64,000 nucleotides of DNA, from positions 15,999 to 79,998 of the forward strand of contig CANGGP010000006.1 of assembly GCA_947453445.1 (NCBI GenBank), written 5' to 3'. This document shows positions 55,312 to 63,600 of the stretch, piece by piece (the first letter of the stretch is position 1; the number at the start of each line of letters is the position of its first letter). The notes below the pieces were generated by a model. It saw only the letters and a program-made list of their open reading frames with translations. It was not told the DNA's origin and searched no databases. The position numbers and the translations under genes are program-made. The DNA is from Sphingobacteriaceae bacterium. Lineage in GTDB: Bacteria > Bacteroidota > Bacteroidia > B-17B0 > Aurantibacillaceae.

Positions 55312-58300
55312 TTTTTCAATCTTTTTTTGGCTTTAATAATTTTGAATTCAGTACGACGATTTACTGCATGTTCAGCATCGGTACATGGTACATTATTAAA
55401 ACACTTATTAATAATTTTTGTTTCGCCGTAACCAATCGGTTTTAAGCGATCTTTGCTAATGCCTTTGGCTACAAGGTAGTCGACCGCGGCTTGTGCTCTT
55501 TTACGAGAAAGATTTAAATTAAAACCGTAACTCGATTGGGCATCGGTGTGTGAGCTAATTTCCAAATCCAGTTTAGGATTTCCGTTTAATACTTCGAAAG
55601 CTTTATCCAATACTTTTTTGGCTTCATCTGTTACTTCAAATTTACCATAGCCGTAATAAATATTCTCAACAATGGTAATGCTAATTTCCATGTCGATGGC
55701 AGCCTCTTCGTCTTTTTCACGCTGTAGGCGCTCTTCTTCATCTTTACGGGCTTGTTCTTTTTGCGCCAACAATTCAGCTTCTTTTATGCGTTTGGCTTCT
55801 TTAGCGGCTTCTTCCTTAATACGTTTTGCTTCAAGCGCAGCTTCTTCCTTATTTTTCTTTTCAAGGCCGGCTAATTCTTTAGCGGTTTTCTCGGCCAATT
55901 CACGTTCTTGTTTGGCGACTAGGTCGGCAGCTTTTTTCGCAGCCAATTCTCTTTCGGCTTTGGCGCGCATTTCGCGTTTTTTGGCTTCCGTCATTTTTAA
56001 CCAAGGATCATCAACTGAAAATTCGCCCATGGCATTTTTATCGGCCTCTAAAATTTTAAAGGTGAACATACCCGATTCAAGTTCTATCACGCGGTAAACC
56101 TTTCCTTTGCTATCTGCCAAGCGAATTGATTTTACACCAACCATACCCGGGTCGTTTGGATCTGATTCAAAAAGATAATTCTTTTCGGCACTTAAATTTT
56201 TGAAACTAAACTTACCATAAGGAGAAGTAACGATTTTACGGGGATTCGTTCCGTCTTCGTCTTTCACTGTTAGATGTGCATTGGCAATTGGTTTATTGTT
56301 TTGATCATATAGATAACCATAAATTCCCATCACCATGTTTGCATCGCCTGCATCCATATCGGCCATCAAGTTCTTGTCGGAGCTTAAGATTTTAAAATCG
56401 AAATTCTCTTCTTTATCTTTTACGATCGATTTAACCTCTTTACCTGATTTATTGGTGATGGTAATGCGAGTACCCGGCGGCAATTGCACATCACCTTCAT
56501 CGATTGATACAATGAAATTTTGATCGCCCGGAATATTTCTAAATGCAAAAGCACCGAATTCGTTGGTGGTTGTTTCACCAATTACTTCACCGGCTTGATT
56601 CAAGATTTTCACTTTAACGTTTTTCATGGCTTTAGAAGCCTTGTCGCCCGACATTAAAGTACCTGCAAATGAAATATCTTCATCGGCTGCCATATCGTTG
56701 ATGACGCTTTTTTCGGAAGATAAAATTTTGAAAGCAAAATCTTCTTTTGTTTTCACATAAGATTTCATCTCCTTACCAGCTCTGTTTGTGAGGGTAATTT
56801 TTGTACCATCCGGAAGATGTAAATCTTCATCATCCACGGTTACAATATAATTTTGATCACCCGGAATATTTTTAAAAGTAAAGTTTCCGTTTTCATCGGT
56901 TTCGGTTTCACCCAATACTTCACCCGATTGGTTCACAATTTTTACCTTCACTTTTTTCATGGCCACATTGGCCTGATCACCTGAAAATAATTTTCCGGCA
57001 AATGAAACATCTTGCGCTTCGGTATCAGACATTGGCACCACTTCTCCACTCACATTTTTAAATCCAAATTTTCCGTTCGGCAATTTGGTGGCAACACCGG
57101 TAATAACCGTATCTTTTTGGGCAAGGTAATATTTCTTTCTGCCGATCATTTGGGCATCTACCTCATCAACCACTGCCATGTATTTTTTCTCACTCGATAA
57201 ATTTTTGAAAACAAATTGCCCTTTATTATCTGTTACGGTGCTATCAATTTTTCTACCGTTTTCATCGTATAACACAACCTTCTTTTCGGCGGCAACGTCT
57301 TTTACATTTTTACTAAGTAATACTGTTCCTCCTAATTGGAATGACTTATCCTTAAATCTGAAAAAATAAATATCATCTTTTCCTTTACCACCGGTGCGGT
57401 TAGATGAGAAATAACCGCTTGAATCGGTTAAAAAAGTAACGCCAAAATCATCGGTACTGCTGTTCAGTTGAATGCCTTCGTTACGATTCAAAATCCATTT
57501 GTTGTCAATTCTGTTTGCAGAGTATATATCTAATCCACCAAAACCAGGCAGACCATTTGAAGAGAAAAACAATTTACCATCTTTACGAATGGTTGGAAAC
57601 ATTTCATCGCCGCTGGTATTAATATCGGGACCAAGATTCACGGGCGTTCCCCAATTGATTGAATCATTTTTAACGCACATCCAAATATCTTTGCCGCCAA
57701 AACCACCGGGCATATCGCTTGTAAAGAAAAGTGTTTTATTATCGGCGCTAATGCTAGGATGCGCAATTGAATAATCATCGCTTGAAAAAGGCAATACTTT
57801 AATGTCTTTCCATGAGCGGTTTGATCCTTTTGCGGTATAAATTTTTGAGCGATTTACAAAGCCTTTCTTTTGTATGTTTAACACCCTTGTGAAATAAAGT
57901 GTTTTACCATCAACGCTTAAACAAGCTGGACCATCGTGGTATTCGGAGCTTAGTTTTTTAGAAAGTGTTTTTGATTTTTTTAATTTCTCGCCTTCAATTT
58001 CAGAAACAAACATTTGAATATAAGGCAAACCATCGCTGCTATTTACTTCATAGTTTACAAAATCGAAGCTTTCGTGTTCGGCCACAAACATTAGTTTGTT
58101 ATTGGCTACATAAGGCGAAAACTCAGCTTTTTCGGTGTTTATTCCGTCGATGTTTTGCACACTGTATTCAACCGGCTTGGCAAGGTAATAATTGATTTCT
58201 GCACAAAACTTGAGTGCTTTTTTCGCATACTCATCATTTGGGGCCTTTTGCAAATACAGATTATAGTATTTTGCGGCCTCTTCGTATTTGGTATTTGATT

Positions 58301-58607
58301 TTAATACTTGTGCAAATTTATAATACACATCATTTTCGAGTGGTGCTGCATCTGTTATTTCAACTGCTTGGCGATAACAAGCCTCGGCATTGGCGTAATC
58401 ATTTAATTTAAGGTAAATGCTACCAAGTTTTAGGTTGGCGGCTTGACGCTCGGTTGCTATTTTTGATTTCTGTGCTTTTTTATAAAACGGAATTGCCTCG
58501 GCATATTGTTCGTTGGCAAAAAGCAAATCACCTTTGGTTAATTGGGCATTACCAATTAAAGAACATACTACGAGAAAGGCAATGGTATAAAGTTTTGATA
58601 ATCTCAT
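55308..58607 (-). CDS. large OmpA-family protein: TPR, TolB-like beta-propeller, carboxypeptidase-regulatory-like repeats, Lys/Glu coiled coil and OmpA C-terminal domain
   Basis: TPR-like N-terminus (YAEAIPFYKKAQ, YANAEACYRQAV). PD40-like blades (DGKTLYFT, NKTLFFTSDMPGGFGGKDIW, GKLFFSSNGLPGFGGLDIY). Repeats of the ENGNFTFKNIPGDQNYIV type. The C-terminus is EISSHTDAQSSYGFNLNLSRKRAQAAVDYLVAKG...NRRTEF. Confidence 0.85.
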   Translation of the reverse strand: MRLSKLYTIAFLVVCSLIGNAQLTKGDLLFANEQYAEAIPFYKKAQKSKIATERQAANLKLGSIYLKLNDYANAEACYRQAVEITDAAPLENDVYYKFAQVLKSNTKYEEAAKYYNLYLQKAPNDEYAKKALKFCAEINYYLAKPVEYSVQNIDGINTEKAEFSPYVANNKLMFVAEHESFDFVNYEVNSSDGLPYIQMFVSEIEGEKLKKSKTLSKKLSSEYHDGPACLSVDGKTLYFTRVLNIQKKGFVNRSKIYTAKGSNRSWKDIKVLPFSSDDYSIAHPSISADNKTLFFTSDMPGGFGGKDIWMCVKNDSINWGTPVNLGPDINTSGDEMFPTIRKDGKLFFSSNGLPGFGGLDIYSANRIDNKWILNRNEGIQLNSSTDDFGVTFLTDSSGYFSSNRTGGKGKDDIYFFRFKDKSFQLGGTVLLSKNVKDVAAEKKVVLYDENGRKIDSTVTDNKGQFVFKNLSSEKKYMAVVDEVDAQMIGRKKYYLAQKDTVITGVATKLPNGKFGFKNVSGEVVPMSDTEAQDVSFAGKLFSGDQANVAMKKVKVKIVNQSGEVLGETETDENGNFTFKNIPGDQNYIVTVDDEDLHLPDGTKITLTNRAGKEMKSYVKTKEDFAFKILSSEKSVINDMAADEDISFAGTLMSGDKASKAMKNVKVKILNQAGEVIGETTTNEFGAFAFRNIPGDQNFIVSIDEGDVQLPPGTRITITNKSGKEVKSIVKDKEENFDFKILSSDKNLMADMDAGDANMVMGIYGYLYDQNNKPIANAHLTVKDEDGTNPRKIVTSPYGKFSFKNLSAEKNYLFESDPNDPGMVGVKSIRLADSKGKVYRVIELESGMFTFKILEADKNAMGEFSVDDPWLKMTEAKKREMRAKAERELAAKKAADLVAKQERELAEKTAKELAGLEKKNKEEAALEAKRIKEEAAKEAKRIKEAELLAQKEQARKDEEERLQREKDEEAAIDMEISITIVENIYYGYGKFEVTDEAKKVLDKAFEVLNGNPKLDLEISSHTDAQSSYGFNLNLSRKRAQAAVDYLVAKGISKDRLKPIGYGETKIINKCFNNVPCTDAEHAVNRRTEFKIIKAKKRLKK
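56345..57012 (-). repeat. in-frame tandem duplication of a unit of about 111 aa inside the OmpA-family gene
   Basis: DVSFAGKLFSGDQANVAMKKVKVKIVNQSGEVLGETETDENGNFTFKNIPGDQNYIVTVDDEDLHLPDGTKITLTNRAGKEMKSYV aligns with DISFAGTLMSGDKASKAMKNVKVKILNQAGEVIGETTTNEFGAFAFRNIPGDQNFIVSIDEGDVQLPPGTRITITNKSGKEVKSIV. Coordinates are approximate. Confidence 0.8.
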
Positions 58608-58614
58608 ATAATTC

Positions 58615-59541
58615 TTACAAGAAACGTGGATTGATTAAACGTGATGTTTTCTTGGCTGCCAGGTCATATCCCAACATTAATTCATGACTGCCTCCAAGTC
58701 GACGTGAATCAGAAATTCCTGAATCGTAAGAATAGGCAATTCTAAAATGATCTGACATGTAGTATTGAAACAACATACCCGGACCATAGCCTGCGCGATA
58801 AAATGCGCCAAGCCAAAGTTTTTTATGCAAGAAAAAATTAAGATTTAAGTCTAATCCGAAATTATTACCTACTTGTTTCATTAAAATGGTTGGGGCGAAC
58901 ACGGTGTTTTTATCGATAATAAAAGAATAACCGGCGGTTAAAAATAAATGTGTTTTTAAGCGGTATTTAAAATCGTTTCCGCCGGCAACAACAGGGGCGT
59001 ATGTGTAAACATTCGGATTGTTAAGATGGGTGGCGCTTAATCCAACAAAATATTTGGTTGAGCGCAAATACATACCGGCATTAATATCCAAAGCGCTTGG
59101 CGTTTGATTTTGCATTAACTGAGAAGGCACTTCACCTTCTTTGAAATTAATTTTACTGAAATTAAATTGGTAGCGGTTATAACCGGCATTTAAACCAAAG
59201 CCCAATTTGGTTTTGCGGTCAATTTTTAAAATATAAGCGGCATTGCCATAGGCTGCAATAACGTTGCGCGGCCCCATGATATCATTCACAACTGTTAAAC
59301 CAACACCAACATTTTTTTTCACAATTGGTGAGTGCACACTAAAGCAAGTTGTTTGAGGGGCTCCATCGAATCCCACCCATTGTTTTCTGGTTGAAACAGT
59401 TGCCGCCAAACCATCGCGGGCACCGGCATAACCTGGATTAATGACCATTTGGTTGAACTGATAAAGGTTGTACTGAGCATCTTGTTGCGCCTTGCCGGCC
59501 AAGAAACCCATTAAACTTAAAAGTGTAAATAATTTTTTCAT
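58615..59541 (-). CDS. PorP/SprF family type IX secretion system membrane protein
   Basis: Signal peptide, then the QQDAQYNLYQFNQMVINPGYAGA family signature. It ends 7 nt before the OmpA-family gene. Confidence 0.88.
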   Translation of the reverse strand: MKKLFTLLSLMGFLAGKAQQDAQYNLYQFNQMVINPGYAGARDGLAATVSTRKQWVGFDGAPQTTCFSVHSPIVKKNVGVGLTVVNDIMGPRNVIAAYGNAAYILKIDRKTKLGFGLNAGYNRYQFNFSKINFKEGEVPSQLMQNQTPSALDINAGMYLRSTKYFVGLSATHLNNPNVYTYAPVVAGGNDFKYRLKTHLFLTAGYSFIIDKNTVFAPTILMKQVGNNFGLDLNLNFFLHKKLWLGAFYRAGYGPGMLFQYYMSDHFRIAYSYDSGISDSRRLGGSHELMLGYDLAAKKTSRLINPRFL

Positions 59542-59718
59542 TCTTGTTTTTATTTATTTTGGTGCTTTATCAGGTTAAGTCAACAGAATGTTTTTTGTGA
59601 TTTTTATTGGTTTCCAAATCTATTTTTAACATCACAATATTACTAAATTATCTGATAAAACAAAATTTTTCTTTTACTGCAAATCAAGGATTTAAGCGTG
59701 ATTGATTAACATTTTGAT

Positions 59719-60525
59719 TTAATCTTTAATGAGTTCAACCCAACCTTTTCGGGGGCTAGTTCCATTACCCAAATCAATGATATAAAAATAGGTACTGGAA
59801 GCTAATTTAACCAGTTGGTCTTTTGTTGGCCAAACATTGTTTTTATTGTCGTAATTCTTGGTTTTGAATATTTCGTAGCCCCAACGGTTATAAATGGTGA
59901 CTTCATTGTTGGGATATTTCTCTATGTCTTCGATGATCCATGTTTCATTTACACCATCGTTGTTTGGGGTAACACCATGATAAATTGTAATGTTACAATC
60001 AACTGAACTGTTTACGATGTCGTAACTGGCATTAATGGTTGTATCTGCCCTTACATTTCCTTTTTTATCTATACTTTGAAGTAAAACTTGCACGGCATAT
60101 TTACCGGGGGCTAAACTATCGATCATACTGCAATTACCTTTAGGGCAATAGGCACTTGAGGCCCAGATAAATGTTGGTGTAAAGTTAAGCGCAGAGGAAA
60201 GCACCTCTAACTTAATAAAAGCATCCGCGTTTTTATCCCTACACAATAGTGAATTAACAAAAGCTGACAAGGTATAACTCGGTTTGATATCCGGAATGGT
60301 TTTTTGAATGATGATGGGCTGTAGATAACCTTGTGTAATCATCATATTGGCGGCGGGACCAAAAGTTTGCACAAAAGGTTCGCCAACGTTATCACTGATG
60401 TAAACACCGCTGGTTCCAAGTTGATGGTCGCCACCGGCCGAGTTGATGACTTGTTGGGCTTTATTTTGCAGGGTTATAATGATGAAGCAAAATAAGACTG
60501 TTTCTTTCAATACTTTTAATTTCAT
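59719..60525 (-). CDS. small T9SS type-B C-terminal domain protein
   Basis: Signal peptide, N-terminal SAGGDHQLGTSGVYISDNVGEPFVQTF...ITQGYLQP motif. The C-terminus is GVTPNNDGVNETWIIEDIEKYPNNEVTIYNRWGYEIFK...STYFYIIDLG. Confidence 0.8.
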   Translation of the reverse strand: MKLKVLKETVLFCFIIITLQNKAQQVINSAGGDHQLGTSGVYISDNVGEPFVQTFGPAANMMITQGYLQPIIIQKTIPDIKPSYTLSAFVNSLLCRDKNADAFIKLEVLSSALNFTPTFIWASSAYCPKGNCSMIDSLAPGKYAVQVLLQSIDKKGNVRADTTINASYDIVNSSVDCNITIYHGVTPNNDGVNETWIIEDIEKYPNNEVTIYNRWGYEIFKTKNYDNKNNVWPTKDQLVKLASSTYFYIIDLGNGTSPRKGWVELIKD

Positions 60526-60614
60526 ATTTTTATTTTTAATTCAGGTCCGTAAGATTCTTTTTTTTTATAGCTCAATACTATCATTTTTATTTACTTTTTG
60601 ATTAGCGTACAATA

Positions 60615-63600
60615 TTATTTTATTTGTAGCCAATTGGTTCCATCAGAAATAATTTCGATTCCGAGATTATTACCAAGACCAACAGCGGCAGTTCCAGTTA
60701 AATCAATGTAGGATGAAACTGTTCGAGCACTTCCTGAACGATTAACTATGACATACCTTCTATTTGGACAAGTGCTTGCGGCAGGCAATGTAATTGAGCT
60801 AACGGCAGTAATAACATAATATACTGAGCCGGTTCCGTCAAGGGTTAGCACTCCCGTTCCGCTGGATTTAATTATGGTTGAAGCAAACGAACCTTTTATA
60901 TCCATGGTGCTTAAGGCTGTAGTTGTACCTATGCCTAAATTTCCTGTAGAAAAATCACCATAAATAAGTGGTGTTACACTGGTTGCGGAATTGGCGATGT
61001 ATAATTTATTTGAATTGGTTTCGTAATAACCAGCTTGCGAGCCAATGAATACGTTATTACTGCTATTGCCTGATTGGTAGCCGGCAAAATTTCCCATTAT
61101 TACGTTTGCGCTTCCTGTATTTCCATAACCCGCAGAAGTACCCACATAAACGTTACCGGCCCCTGTTGCTTGATCACCTGCTGAGAATCCGAAGGCTACG
61201 TTATTGTTACTTGTGGAATTTGTTCTTAGCGCGTACATACCATAAGCTGAGTTAAAACTTCCGGTGGTATTGTTATGCAATGAATAATAGCCTGAAGCCA
61301 CATTATAACTACCGGTGCTATTGGCATACAGTGCCAAGCTACCAAGGGCTGAGTTTTGTGAACCTGATGTATTAAATATTAATGCTTGGTTACCTATTGC
61401 TGTGTTATCAGAACCATTGCTGTTTGAATTTAAAGCACTTGACCCGAAGGCATTATTATTGCTTCCTGTGCTATTGTTTCCCAATGCAAAATAACCAAAT
61501 GCGCCATTTGATGAACCCGAATTACCCGAATACATTGCGAAGTTACCTACGGCGGTATTAAATGAACCGCTACCACTATTATTCAAAACATTGTAACCCA
61601 CGCCCACATTGCTACTGCCTGTAATATTTGAAAGTAAGGCATTCATGCCAATTGCTGTATTAAATGATCCGACAGTATTTAATTTCAAAGACTGACTACC
61701 AAATCCTGAATTTCCAATTCCATTGGTGTTTGCACTTAATGACATAAAACCAAATGCAGAATTGTTGCTAGAACTTGTATTGCTGTACAATGCGCCACTA
61801 CCCGATGCTGTGTTGAACGAACCTGTAGTGTTTGACAAGAGGGCTTGATTACCAAATGCTGCATTTTCTTGTCCGAAAGTATTTGAACCTAAACTTAAGT
61901 AACCTAAAGCTGTATTGAACAAAGTATTATCGATGGTACCGGACTTTTGATTGTTCACTCTAAAATTAAGTGCATGGTTATCGCTTGTACCAATAAAATT
62001 AAGCGAGGGTGTTGTACTGGCATTTCCGGTTAAACCCCATCCGCCACCTCCACCTGAAGGGGTTTGCCAGGTGGCATTACCACTGGCATCGGATGTGAGA
62101 ACCTTTCCGCTTGCTTGGTTACCATCTTCAAAACGCATGGTACCTGACACGTGCAAATTGGCCGATGGCACAGTTGCACTCGCTGTACCTACGGCTATGC
62201 TTCCTCCAACATAAGTATTATATGGGGTGTAAATACCCCACACATTGAAGTTAGCATCTTTAAACGCCAAAGCGGCCCAGTAATTACCATTGTATTGTGC
62301 TCCTAATACCCCGGCGGAGTTTGAATAATCGTTAAAATTATGACCAGCCATGCCTGCGGTGAAAACATCTCCCCAGTAACTTGCACCTTGAACTGCAGCA
62401 TCCACTTGATTATAGGCCCAACCTGTTCCTCCATTCACACTAAAGGTTGAACCTGTGCGCCAACCGGCAATTGTTGCTTTACCCGGACCATAATCATTTA
62501 CGGCAGAAGCATCGCGGTAAACATATAAATTATAATTACTTCCGGTATTTTGACTATTAATACCTACTCTACCATTGCCTCGAACGCGCATTAACTCATT
62601 GCTTGTACTTGATGAAGTACCTGCGTAAAACACATGGTCGGCGCCGGTGTAATCAACATGATATTGAAACTCAGTTGAAGAAGAACCTAATCCGTAGAAT
62701 TGATGATCATCATTTGAGGCTTCAAATAAAACAAGTTTTCTATTCGCAAAGGTATTGTCAAATTGTAAAGGTGCATTTGCGTTGGTGGTGCCAATTCCAA
62801 CAAAATTACTATTAAAATCACCGTAAATTAAAGTGTTGGTGCTACTATTTGCTATATGTAAAACCCCTGAATTTGTTTCATTTGAGCCGGCATCATAACC
62901 GATAAAAACATTGTTGCTTCCTGTTGCACTTGAACCTGCATTATAACCCAAAGCTGTGTTTTTTTCACCGGTATAATTATTACTTAAAGCATTTACTCCA
63001 ACTGCGGAATTAAAACTTCCAACTGTGTTATACATTGCATTGTTACCCAAGGCCAAGTTATAACTGCCTGTTGTATTTGAACGCAATGAATAACCACCAA
63101 GCGATGTATTGTTCGCACCAGTAAAATTAAAGTGTTGTGATTCTGAACCTATAGCAGAGTTGTAACTACCGGTTGTTAAATTCATCAAAGTCCAATCACC
63201 TAAGGCGGTGTTCTCATTTCCTGTGTCTATACTTTTTAGAGCGTATTCACCGTAAGCACTATTCCATGTAGAAGTTGTTGTTTCATTACCTGCGGAATTT
63301 CCAAAATAAATTGAACTGTTGGCAGAGTTGATTCTACCTGCCAAACCGTTATTCACGCGAAACATTAAATCATTATTATCTGTTGTACCAAGGAAATTTA
63401 ATGATGGGGTGGTTCCGGCATTACCTGTTAAAGACCAAACATTGGTACCTGTTGCCACAGTTGTCCATATTGGTGCAGTATTGGCGCCTTGTGAAATGAG
63501 GAACTCACCTGCGCTGCCTGAAAGTCCACCGGGCATGAGGGCGTCAGAAAATTTCAAATTACCATTTACATCCAATGCTTCTGTAGCACTGGCAGTGTTA

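Noticed and set aside
55672-56097. 141-aa Ser/Ala-rich plus-strand ORF
   Set aside because: It is antisense to the Lys/Glu/Ala coiled-coil segment of the OmpA-family gene, which is a typical shadow ORF.
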